From Escherichia coli (lineage in GTDB: Bacteria > Pseudomonadota > Gammaproteobacteria > Enterobacterales > Enterobacteriaceae): DNA of 64,000 nt. The stretch lies in NCBI RefSeq assembly GCF_003334315.1, contig NZ_QOWR01000004.1; one strand, 5' to 3'. The position numbers were made by a program, and so were the translations under genes. Positions 1-9,431 of the stretch are shown in pieces; the stretch's first letter is position 1; each line of letters begins with the position of its first letter. Below the pieces are notes generated by a model. It was not told the DNA's origin, made no database searches, and worked only from the letters and a program-made list of their open reading frames with translations.

Positions 1-315
1 CTTTTCAAAAGGGTATTTTGGCTTTGACATATTAGGGGCTATTCCATTTCATCGTCCAACAAAATGGGTGCAGTACACCGGATAATTCCGGCTTGGTGTG
101 GATACTACGTCTCAATTCATCTTCACTTCATCCCTGAAATGTTTGCAATAAAGAGTACATTACGGCTTTTCAACAGCTGTTGCAGTGGTTTCGTGCAGGG
201 TGTGGTACAGGCTCGCAATTCTGATTAACGAGCTGTCCAGGTAGTATGAAGAAATACAATAAGCAGGAATTTATCTTATCTCCCCCGATTTCCGTCATCG
301 GAGGAGATATAACTG

Positions 316-1416
316 TCAGGCAAATATCGTCATCAAATAGGCGGCAAACAGTGCCAGATGCGCTGCGCCATTGAGCACGTTAGTACGTCCGGTGGAGAAG
401 GAGATATGGCACAGCACTAAAGAGGCCACCATCACCACCATTTCTGGCGCACCAAGTGCAAACTGTAATTCGTTACCCGTCATAAAGGCAATTAGCGTGA
501 CGACAGGTACGGTAAGCGAAATGGTTGCTAACACTGAACCAAAGAACAGATTCATCGCGCGCTGGACCTGGTTGTTCAACACTGCTTTTAACGCACCTAA
601 ACCTTCCGGCGACAGAATCAACAGAGCCACCAGGAAGCCAGTAAAGGCGACAGGGGCATTCATGCTGTCGAGCAATGTCTCCAGCGGGCTGGCATTCATT
701 TTGGTGACTGCAATAACGGCAATCAGATGGATAATCAACCAGATAGCATGCCACACGCTGCTATGGGCAGACGGTTTACCGTGATGCGGGTCGTCGTCAT
801 CACTGTCATCTTCGTGCTCGTAGACAAACAAACTTTGATGCGTTTTGGTCTGGATCAGCAAAAATACGCCATACATTGCCGCAGAAATTAATGCTACCAG
901 TAACGCCTGACCGGTTGAAAAATTCGCCGCAGGCAGAGCCATTGGAAATACCAGTACGATTATCGCCAGGGGGAACAGCGCAATTAAATACTGCTTGATA
1001 CCAAACAGATTCATATATTGGGTGGCAAACTTACGACCGCCCAACAATAATGAAAAGCCAACCAGCCCACCGGTAACAATCATAATGATTGAATAGAGCG
1101 TATCACGCATTAGCGTTGGCGCGGCGTCGCCGGTTGCCATTAAAGCTGAAATCAAACTGACTTCAAGAATAACCACTGAAAGGCTAAGAATAAGCGAACC
1201 GTAAGGTTCTCCCAGGCGATGGGCTAATACGTCCGCATGACGGACAACACTAAAGGCGCTACTTAAAATACCAATAAGCGCAAGAAGATTGATGGCAATG
1301 ACCACTGGTAGTGTCTGGCTGCTTCCCCACAGGAACAGCACTACCAGCGCCAGAACCGGGAAAATAAGCGAAGTCTCCTTGTGGCGGGTTTTTACCGCCT
1401 CTTGAGCATTTGACAT
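316..1416 (-). CDS. chaA: Ca2+(Na+)/H+ antiporter ChaA
   Basis: 366-codon ORF beginning MSNAQEAVKTRHKE..., polytopic membrane protein with acidic DDSDDDD loop; track ORF (395 aa) is 5'-extended, internal ATG at 1414-1416 chosen. Confidence 0.93.
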   Translation of the reverse strand: MSNAQEAVKTRHKETSLIFPVLALVVLFLWGSSQTLPVVIAINLLALIGILSSAFSVVRHADVLAHRLGEPYGSLILSLSVVILEVSLISALMATGDAAPTLMRDTLYSIIMIVTGGLVGFSLLLGGRKFATQYMNLFGIKQYLIALFPLAIIVLVFPMALPAANFSTGQALLVALISAAMYGVFLLIQTKTHQSLFVYEHEDDSDDDDPHHGKPSAHSSVWHAIWLIIHLIAVIAVTKMNASPLETLLDSMNAPVAFTGFLVALLILSPEGLGALKAVLNNQVQRAMNLFFGSVLATISLTVPVVTLIAFMTGNELQFALGAPEMVVMVASLVLCHISFSTGRTNVLNGAAHLALFAAYLMTIFA

Positions 1417-1685
1417 TATGGTTATCCCTTTGCAGATGAATTTATCGAAAATGTAAAAAATAGGTAGGAAAAATAACAGAAAGTGTCTGGGTATCGGTAA
1501 CATTTTACGAATTTTTACCCCACTGTCGATTTTTTACTCATTGGGACATAAAAATAAGTATTACGTTTAGACAATGTTTGTTTTAGCGTTTCTTAAGAAC
1601 AGTCTGACATGAAAATTCTTATGTTTTGGCAAGAGTAGATATTGTTGACCACACTTAATGTTCAACTTTGTAAAAGGAGTCAACG

Positions 1686-1916
1686 ATGCCGTATAAAACG
1701 AAAAGCGATCTGCCGGAAAGCGTAAAGCACGTTCTACCGTCTCATGCCCAGGATATCTATAAAGAAGCGTTCAACAGCGCGTGGGATCAATATAAAGATA
1801 AAGAGGATCGGCGTGATGACGCCAGTCGCGAAGAAACCGCGCATAAAGTGGCCTGGGCTGCTGTGAAGCATGAATATGCCAAAGGGGATGATGATAAATG
1901 GCATAAAAAATCGTAA
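1686..1916 (+). CDS. chaB: cation transport regulator ChaB
   Basis: 76-aa ORF MPYKTKSDLPESVKHVLPSHAQDIYKEAF...; divergent from chaA. Confidence 0.93.
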   Translation: MPYKTKSDLPESVKHVLPSHAQDIYKEAFNSAWDQYKDKEDRRDDASREETAHKVAWAAVKHEYAKGDDDKWHKKS

Positions 1917-2073
1917 AACCGGTAGCTTAGTTAAAGCTATTCGTGCGGTGTTGCCTTGCAAGTGGTCCGTGGATTGCATATTGTCCCGTTAGTGGTTTCA
2001 AAATGAGCAGTAAAAATGTCCGGAAGACACCAAAAAGTTGTCGCAGGGAAGTATGCAGTGGCGGAGGTGTAAG

Positions 2074-2769
2074 GTGATAACGCGTGATTTCTTGATGAAT
2101 GCCGATTGTAAAACGGCATTTGGTGCCATTGAAGAATCACTCTTATGGTCAGCAGAGCAACGGGCGGCTTCGCTGGCGGCGACGCTGGCTTGTCGACCTG
2201 ATGAGGGACCGGTGTGGATCTTCGGTTATGGATCGTTGATGTGGAATCCGGCACTGGAGTTTACCGAGTCGTGCACCGGTACACTGGTTGGATGGCATCG
2301 CGCGTTTTGCCTGCGCCTGACCGCCGGGCGCGGGACTGCGCACCAGCCGGGACGGATGCTTGCACTGAAAGAGGGCGGACGCACTACAGGCGTCGCCTAT
2401 CGACTGCCAGAAGAGACGCTGGAGCAGGAACTAACCCTGTTGTGGAAGCGCGAGATGATTACCGGCTGTTATCTGCCAACCTGGTGTCAGCTTGATCTTG
2501 ATGATGGATGCACAGTAAACGCCATTGTGTTTATTATGGACCCGCGACATCCAGAATATGAATCTGACACTCGCGCTCAGGTCATCGCGCCGTTGATTGC
2601 GGCGGCGAGCGGTCCGCTGGGAACCAACGCACAATACCTGTTTTCACTGGAACAGGAGCTTATCAAACTGGGAATGCAGGACGATGGGCTGAATGATTTG
2701 CTGGTATCGGTAAAAAAACTGCTGGCGGAGAATTATCCGGATGGTGTGTTACGGCCGGGATTCGCCTGA
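2074..2769 (+). CDS. chaC: glutathione-specific gamma-glutamylcyclotransferase ChaC
   Basis: ORF 2038..2769; ChaC-like sequence (..WIFGYGSLMWNP..) from GTG at 2074 gives the 231-aa form; start could also be ATG 2053. Confidence 0.85.
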   Translation: MITRDFLMNADCKTAFGAIEESLLWSAEQRAASLAATLACRPDEGPVWIFGYGSLMWNPALEFTESCTGTLVGWHRAFCLRLTAGRGTAHQPGRMLALKEGGRTTGVAYRLPEETLEQELTLLWKREMITGCYLPTWCQLDLDDGCTVNAIVFIMDPRHPEYESDTRAQVIAPLIAAASGPLGTNAQYLFSLEQELIKLGMQDDGLNDLLVSVKKLLAENYPDGVLRPGFA

Positions 2770-2787
2770 GTAAACTTCCCTCATAGT

Positions 2788-2804
2788 GGGGCGTCAGACG
2801 CCCC
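2788..2804. terminator. GC-rich hairpin GGGGCGTCAGACGCCCC between convergent chaC and ychN (probable bidirectional terminator)
   Basis: perfect inverted repeat located between the two stop codons. Confidence 0.5.
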
Positions 2805-2812
2805 CTCAAACA

Positions 2813-3166
2813 TTAAAATGTGAGCACTTTATCGGCTGACAGCGTCCATTGCGCCAGTTCCACAAGAGTACCGATTTCCACCCCATCAATAAGAGGAAGT
2901 GTGCTAATCCCGCGCCCGTCGGTACAGGTTTTGCACAATTTCACCGGTACATTCTGAGCGGTAAGGATCTCCAGCATTTGCTGAATGTTGTAGCCTTCCC
3001 CTGGTTTTTGCCCGCGCAACCCGGCTGTGACCGCATCAGACATGAGGAACAGACGCAGATCCAGATTGCTCTCCTGCTCTCGTAACGCAATGGCCAGCCG
3101 CAAGCTGTTAAACAAGGATTCGCTCCCGTAAGGTGCGCCATTGGCAACGATCACGATTTTTTGCAT
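2813..3166 (-). CDS. ychN: DsrE/DsrF-like family protein YchN
   Basis: 117-aa ORF MQKIVIVANGAPYGSESLFNSLRLAIALRE... Confidence 0.92.
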   Translation of the reverse strand: MQKIVIVANGAPYGSESLFNSLRLAIALREQESNLDLRLFLMSDAVTAGLRGQKPGEGYNIQQMLEILTAQNVPVKLCKTCTDGRGISTLPLIDGVEIGTLVELAQWTLSADKVLTF

Positions 3167-3183
3167 TATTTACTCCTGTATTC

Positions 3184-3287
<104 letters not shown>

Positions 3288-3315
3288 TTGCCAGTAATCG
3301 TTATTCTTAAAGGAT

Positions 3316-4746
3316 ATGGTTTTTCATTTTTTACCGGAAGTTACCGACGTTTTGAGCCGTTTCGTTCCTCGCATTATTTCGTTTTATTTACTCTTGCTGG
3401 CGGCAGGCGGTACAGCTAACGCACAATCTACCTTCGAGCAAAAAGCGGCAAATCCCTTTGATAATAACAATGATGGTCTGCCGGATTTAGGCATGGCACC
3501 TGAAAATCATGATGGGGAAAAACACTTTGCTGAAATTGTGAAAGATTTCGGCGAAACCAGTATGAATGATAACGGGCTGGATACTGGCGAGCAGGCAAAA
3601 GCTTTCGCATTGGGAAAAGTCCGCGACGCGCTTAGTCAACAGGTTAATCAGCACGTAGAGTCCTGGCTATCACCGTGGGGAAATGCCAGTGTTGATGTCA
3701 AAGTGGATAACGAAGGTCATTTTACCGGCAGTCGTGGAAGCTGGTTTGTGCCGTTACAAGATAATGATCGTTATCTCACCTGGAGCCAGCTTGGTCTTAC
3801 TCAGCAGGATGATGGGTTGGTGAGCAATGTGGGCGTTGGGCAACGCTGGGCGCGCGGCAACTGGCTGGTGGGTTATAACACTTTTTATGACAACTTGCTG
3901 GACGAAAATCTTCAGCGAGCGGGCTTTGGTGCCGAAGCGTGGGGCGAATATTTGCGACTATCGGCAAACTTTTATCAGCCATTTGCTGCATGGCATGAAC
4001 AGACAGCCACGCAGGAACAACGGATGGCGCGCGGGTACGACCTGACAGCCCGGATGCGCATGCCGTTCTATCAACACCTCAATACCAGTGTCAGCGTAGA
4101 ACAGTATTTTGGTGATCGTGTTGATTTGTTTAACTCTGGTACGGGTTATCACAATCCCGTCGCGTTGAGTCTGGGATTAAATTACACCCCTGTGCCATTA
4201 GTCACTGTGACGGCCCAGCATAAACAGGGTGAAAGTGGCGAGAATCAAAATAACCTCGGGCTGAATCTTAATTACCGCTTTGGTGTACCGCTCAAAAAAC
4301 AACTTTCTGCGGGCGAGGTTGCCGAAAGTCAGTCGTTACGTGGCAGTCGCTATGATAATCCGCAGCGAAATAATCTACCGACTCTTGAGTACCGACAGCG
4401 AAAAACGTTAACGGTGTTTCTGGCGACACCGCCGTGGGATCTAAAACCTGGCGAAACAGTGCCGCTGAAATTACAAATCCGCAGTCGTTACGGTATTCGG
4501 CAACTGATTTGGCAGGGCGATACGCAGATATTAAGTTTGACGCCAGGCGCACAAGCCAACAGCGCGGAGGGCTGGACGCTGATCATGCCTGACTGGCAGA
4601 ACGGGGAAGGGGCGAGCAATCACTGGCGATTGTCGGTGGTGGTGGAAGATAACCAGGGGCAGCGTGTCTCCTCCAATGAGATCACGCTAACGCTTGTCGA
4701 ACCGTTCGACGCATTGTCAAACGACGAACTGCGCTGGGAACCGTAA
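3316..4746 (+). CDS. ychO: invasin/intimin-family outer-membrane protein YchO (short form without long passenger domain)
   Basis: 476-codon ORF with signal-like N-terminus and invasin beta-domain-like region; true start uncertain (ATG 3316 or in-frame TTG 3352). Confidence 0.85.
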   Translation: MVFHFLPEVTDVLSRFVPRIISFYLLLLAAGGTANAQSTFEQKAANPFDNNNDGLPDLGMAPENHDGEKHFAEIVKDFGETSMNDNGLDTGEQAKAFALGKVRDALSQQVNQHVESWLSPWGNASVDVKVDNEGHFTGSRGSWFVPLQDNDRYLTWSQLGLTQQDDGLVSNVGVGQRWARGNWLVGYNTFYDNLLDENLQRAGFGAEAWGEYLRLSANFYQPFAAWHEQTATQEQRMARGYDLTARMRMPFYQHLNTSVSVEQYFGDRVDLFNSGTGYHNPVALSLGLNYTPVPLVTVTAQHKQGESGENQNNLGLNLNYRFGVPLKKQLSAGEVAESQSLRGSRYDNPQRNNLPTLEYRQRKTLTVFLATPPWDLKPGETVPLKLQIRSRYGIRQLIWQGDTQILSLTPGAQANSAEGWTLIMPDWQNGEGASNHWRLSVVVEDNQGQRVSSNEITLTLVEPFDALSNDELRWEP

Positions 4747-5397
4747 TCAGAAAATGCGCTCCTGATGCACCCATACCGCTGCTTCCACGCGAGACTTGAG
4801 CTTCATTTTCTTCAGCATGTGCTTGACGTGCACTTTTACTGTGCTTTCGGTGATATCCAGGCGGCGGGCAATCATCTTGTTCGGCAAACCCTGGGCAATC
4901 AGCTTGAGAATATCGCGCTCGCGTGGGGTTAACTGGTTAACATCGCGCTCAGTAGTGGCACGGTTAGCGCGCAAGCTGGCGGCCAGAACAGGCGTTAATG
5001 CTTCGCTTAATACCATTTCGCCAGCAGCTGCCTGATGCAATGCTTTCAGCAGATCTTCCGGTTCCATATCTTTTAACAGATAGCCATCCGCGCCGCGTTT
5101 CAGTGCGGTGACCACATCTTCTTCATGGTTAGAGACGCTGAATACCACAATGCGCCCTGAGAGGGACTTTTCGCGCAGTTTATCCAGCGTTTCCAGACCG
5201 TTCATGCCGGGCATATTGAGATCTAACAGGATCAGATCGGGATCAAGAGACTCCGCCAGTTCAATACCCTGTTCGCCATTACTCGCTTCGCCAACCACGG
5301 TGATATCTGGTGCCATACTGATAAGCTGTTTTACGCCAGTTCGCAGCATCGGGTGATCGTCAATCAGCAGGATAGTAGCCGGTTCCTGATTACTCAT
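4747..5397 (-). CDS. narL: nitrate/nitrite response regulator NarL
   Basis: 216 codons starting [25 protein letters not shown]..., receiver plus LuxR-type HTH; track ORF is 5'-extended; start overlaps narX stop by 8 bp. Confidence 0.96.
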
Positions 5398-7186
5398 GGG
5401 TATCTCCTTGGACGTCTGTGAAAGTTTTTTCGGGAATAAAGGTGACCACCACTTCGGTGCCACCTGATTCACGACGGCGGACGCGGCAATCGCCTCGTAA
5501 ACTTTGCGCACGGTCGCGCATTATTATCATGCCGTAGTGATTGCTGCGGATGGCATTTTCAGGCACGCCGCAGCCGTTATCCTGGACGGTCAGTTTGACC
5601 TGATTATCGTTTTGCGCCACCGTCACCACGACCTCACTCGCTTGCGAATGTTTGAGGGCGTTACTTAATGCCTCACGGGCAATTTGCAACAAGTGGATTG
5701 CCTGATGTGAAGGCACCAGACGAGGCGGCAATTGATAATCCAGCTTCACCGGGAAGCCAAATTTGGCGCTGTACTCTTCGCAACTCGCTTCCAGCGCCGG
5801 ACGTAATCCAGGCTCGGTGAGCTGCAAGCGGAATGTGGTGAGCAATTCACGCAACTGCGCCCAGGATGCATTCAGTTCGTTACGGATCTGACTTAACAGT
5901 TCGCGGCTGCTTTCTGGCAGCGCATCGCCCTGCATCTGTAAACAACTCACCTGCATCTTCATGCAAGAGAGAGATTGGGCAATAGAATCATGCAGTTCGC
6001 GCGCAATGGTGGCACGCTCTTCCATCACGATCAACTGTTGCTGACGTTCCTGATGCCGATCCAGCGCCAGCGTGGCGGTGAGTTGTTCAACCAGGGTATC
6101 CACCAGTTGTTGTTGATCATGGCTAAGATGACGCCCCTGCGGTAGGGTCGCCAGCAAAATACCGTACTGCGTATGTGAGTCAGCCAGCCGCCACTTCAGG
6201 GTTGTGCCGCGATCGCCAACGGGTAATACGCCGCGCGGGCAGAGCTGGCAGCCTTTATCATCACAAGTCATATCTGGCTGGCAGGTAAACTCCTGATGAT
6301 TCTCTTCATCATCAGTGTCATACACCCGCAATTCGATATCACGTAGCAGGGTTAAATTCTGTAAGCCGTTGAGTACAGGTGACAGGCGTTCACACAGCGG
6401 GGCGCGGGAATGCAAACGGCGGTTAGCCTGCCATAAAAAAGAGAGGATCTGATTTTTATGCTCCAGCCCGGCGGTTTTCTCCTGAACCCGCTGCTCAAGT
6501 ACGGCATAACTTTCGGCCAGTTCTGCAGACATATTGTTCAATGCAGTTCCAAGCATCGCCATTTCGTTGCGCCCGCTGATGTTCGCGCGTTGGGTAAAAT
6601 CGCGATGACTGACGGCACTCGCCATTGCCAGCAGTTGCCGCCACGGTTGTAGCAGTCGCGCCCGCAACCAGATAATAGTGAACACCAGTAAAAGTGCCAT
6701 AAATACCGCCATTACCCGATGGACCAGTACCACTGTCTCAATGCGCATTTCCGTGGTGCGGTCAAAACCAGATACCAGCTGATCAAGCCCGGCAACAAAC
6801 TGGCTGACATCCGCTGACACCGTTTCGCGGTTTTGTGCACGCATCAGTGCAGGGATCAGTTCATTACGCCAGTAATCTTGTAAACCCTGTAATTGCGCCA
6901 GTTGTCCGTCTCGTTCTGCTGCTCGAGTCAACTCGGCGCTAAATGCCGTTTGTTCCATCTCTTTAATTAAGGGCTTGTCTTTCTCGCTTAATGGCACTGC
7001 TGCCAACAGACGGTAACTTTGCATGCGCAGCGATCCCGCTTTGTTGATCGCATGGGCGCTGCCCTGAACGCCTTGCACCAGCCAGCCAGAAACCGCCATC
7101 CCTGCCAGTCCAATAGCAGTAGAAAGCAACACAATAAGCGCAACCTGATTAACCAGGGTGAGCGGAGAGAGACAACGTTTAAGCAT
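5390..7186 (-). CDS. narX: nitrate/nitrite sensor histidine kinase NarX
   Basis: 598-aa [24 protein letters not shown]..., two TM segments, HAMP and histidine kinase regions. Confidence 0.96.
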
Positions 7187-7282
7187 GTAAACCTCTTCCT
7201 TCAGGCTTTAAATGAGCAATAACCTTAATGAATGTGACGATACATTCTGGAATGGCAGTATTCTCGGCTATTGGCTGAAGTA

Positions 7283-7309
7283 TACCCATACCCGGAAAGA
7301 GTTACTCCT
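7283..7309 (+). promoter_or_regulatory. NarL heptamer-like motifs (TACCCAT, TACTCCT) upstream of narK
   Basis: matches to the NarL heptamer consensus TACYYMT at 7283-7289 and 7303-7309. Confidence 0.5.
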
Positions 7310-7451
7310 TATTTGCCGTGTGGTTAGTCGCTTTACATCGGTAAGGGTAGGGATTTTACAGCACCGTGAAAAATCTCATAATTTTTATGAAATCACTGTA
7401 CTCACTATGGGTAATGATAAATATCAATGATAGATAAAGTTATCTTATCGT

Positions 7452-7465
7452 TTGATTTACATCAA
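7452..7465 (+). promoter_or_regulatory. FNR box TTGAT-N4-ATCAA in narK promoter
   Basis: perfect FNR consensus TTGATttacATCAA about 60 bp upstream of the narK ATG. Confidence 0.8.
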
Positions 7466-7524
7466 ATTGCCTTTAGCTCCAGACACTAAGGTGGCAGACA
7501 TCGAAACGAGTATCAGAGGTGTCT

Positions 7525-8916
7525 ATGAGTCACTCATCCGCCCCCGAAAGGGCTACTGGAGCTGTCATTACAGATTGGCGACCGGAAGATCCTGCGTTCT
7601 GGCAACAACGCGGTCAACGTATTGCCAGCCGCAACCTGTGGATTTCCGTTCCCTGTCTGCTGCTGGCGTTTTGCGTATGGATGTTGTTCAGCGCTGTTGC
7701 GGTGAACTTACCGAAAGTCGGTTTTAATTTTACGACCGATCAGCTATTTATGTTGACTGCGCTGCCTTCGGTTTCTGGCGCGTTATTACGTGTTCCATAC
7801 TCCTTTATGGTTCCTATCTTCGGTGGTCGTCGCTGGACGGCGTTCAGCACCGGTATTCTGATTATTCCTTGCGTCTGGCTGGGTTTTGCCGTGCAGGATA
7901 CCTCCACGCCTTATAGCGTCTTCATCATCATCTCTCTGCTATGCGGCTTTGCTGGCGCGAACTTCGCATCCAGTATGGCAAACATCAGCTTCTTCTTTCC
8001 GAAACAGAAGCAGGGTGGCGCGCTGGGTCTGAATGGTGGTCTGGGAAACATGGGCGTCAGCGTCATGCAGTTGGTTGCTCCGCTGGTGGTATCACTGTCG
8101 ATTTTCGCAGTATTTGGTAGCCAGGGCGTCAAACAGCCGGATGGGACTGAGCTGTATCTGGCGAATGCGTCCTGGATATGGGTGCCGTTCCTTGCCATCT
8201 TCACCATTGCGGCGTGGTTTGGCATGAACGATCTTGCTACCTCGAAAGCCTCCATCAAGGAGCAGTTGCCGGTACTCAAACGGGGTCATCTGTGGATTAT
8301 GAGCCTGCTGTATCTGGCAACCTTCGGCTCCTTCATCGGCTTCTCCGCGGGCTTTGCAATGCTGTCAAAAACGCAGTTCCCGGATGTTCAGATTCTGCAA
8401 TACGCTTTCTTCGGGCCGTTTATTGGTGCGCTGGCGCGTTCTGCAGGTGGTGCATTATCTGACCGTCTGGGCGGAACTCGTGTCACGCTGGTGAACTTTA
8501 TTCTGATGGCGATTTTCAGCGGCCTGCTGTTCCTGACCTTACCGACTGACGGGCAGGGCGGAAGCTTCATGGCGTTCTTCGCGGTCTTCCTGGCGCTGTT
8601 CCTGACAGCTGGGCTGGGTAGTGGTTCCACTTTCCAGATGATTTCAGTGATCTTCCGTAAACTGACAATGGATCGCGTGAAAGCAGAAGGGGGTTCTGAC
8701 GAACGTGCGATGCGTGAAGCGGCAACCGACACGGCGGCGGCGCTGGGTTTCATCTCTGCGATTGGCGCGATTGGTGGCTTCTTTATCCCGAAAGCGTTTG
8801 GTAGCTCGCTGGCATTAACGGGTTCGCCAGTCGGCGCAATGAAGGTATTTTTGATTTTCTATATCGCCTGCGTAGTGATTACCTGGGCGGTATATGGTCG
8901 GCATTCTAAAAAATAA
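7525..8916 (+). CDS. narK: nitrate/nitrite antiporter NarK (MFS)
   Basis: 463 codons from ATG 7525 (MSHSSAPERATGAVITDWRPEDPAFWQQRG...); 12-TM MFS-like. Confidence 0.96.
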   Translation: MSHSSAPERATGAVITDWRPEDPAFWQQRGQRIASRNLWISVPCLLLAFCVWMLFSAVAVNLPKVGFNFTTDQLFMLTALPSVSGALLRVPYSFMVPIFGGRRWTAFSTGILIIPCVWLGFAVQDTSTPYSVFIIISLLCGFAGANFASSMANISFFFPKQKQGGALGLNGGLGNMGVSVMQLVAPLVVSLSIFAVFGSQGVKQPDGTELYLANASWIWVPFLAIFTIAAWFGMNDLATSKASIKEQLPVLKRGHLWIMSLLYLATFGSFIGFSAGFAMLSKTQFPDVQILQYAFFGPFIGALARSAGGALSDRLGGTRVTLVNFILMAIFSGLLFLTLPTDGQGGSFMAFFAVFLALFLTAGLGSGSTFQMISVIFRKLTMDRVKAEGGSDERAMREAATDTAAALGFISAIGAIGGFFIPKAFGSSLALTGSPVGAMKVFLIFYIACVVITWAVYGRHSKK

Positions 8917-9062
8917 ACCGTTACTCGTCATACTTCGGGTTACATGTGCTGCGGCTGCGTTCATTCACCCCAGTCACTTACTTTAGTAAGCTCCTGGGAT
9001 TCATTCACTTGCCGCCTTCCTGTAAACCGAATTATATAGAGTAAAATATTTGATTATCCTTT

Positions 9063-9088
9063 GCGCGGCATGATGTCGCGCTTTTTTT
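9063..9088 (+). terminator. narK rho-independent terminator candidate
   Basis: GC stem GCGCGGCA..TGTCGCGC followed by T7 run. Confidence 0.6.
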
Positions 9089-9163
9089 ATGCGTTATTTA
9101 GTTACAACATACTAATGTTATATGGTTTATTTCGCCGGATTTCATTAAGAGCCATTAAAATGT

Positions 9164-9193
9164 TACCCATGGGGAATACTCCTTAATACCCAT
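9164..9193 (+). promoter_or_regulatory. cluster of NarL heptamers (TACCCAT, TACTCCT, TACCCAT) in narG upstream region
   Basis: three consensus heptamers within 30 bp, about 190-220 bp upstream of the FNR box. Confidence 0.6.
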
Positions 9194-9326
9194 CTGCATA
9201 AAAATCTTAATAGTTTAAATAACTACAGGTATAAAACGTCTTAATTTACAGTATGTTATGTGGTGGCTGTTAATTATCCTAAAGGGGTATCTTAGGAATT
9301 TACTTTATTTTTCATCCCCATCACTC

Positions 9327-9340
9327 TTGATCGTTATCAA
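9327..9340 (+). promoter_or_regulatory. FNR box TTGAT-N4-ATCAA in narG promoter
   Basis: perfect FNR consensus TTGATcgttATCAA about 100 bp upstream of narG ATG. Confidence 0.8.
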
Positions 9341-9431
9341 TTCCCACGCTGTTTCAGAGCGTTACCTTGCCCTTAAACATTAGCAATGTCGATTTATCAG
9401 AGGGCCGACAGGCTCCCACAGGAGAAAACCG

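Noticed and set aside
278-310. Imperfect inverted repeat downstream of chaA stop as its terminator
   Set aside because: Stem contains a mismatch and is not followed by a clear U-run on the chaA strand; too weak to call.
4747-5511. 5'-extended track ORFs (e.g. narL 254 aa, oppA 567 aa, topA 879 aa, tonB 256 aa, rssA 314 aa, yciF 182 aa, yciG 78 aa, yciU 135 aa, yciI 130 aa)
   Set aside because: Extensions run into upstream regulatory DNA; recognised native N-termini begin at internal ATG/GTG codons, which were used instead.
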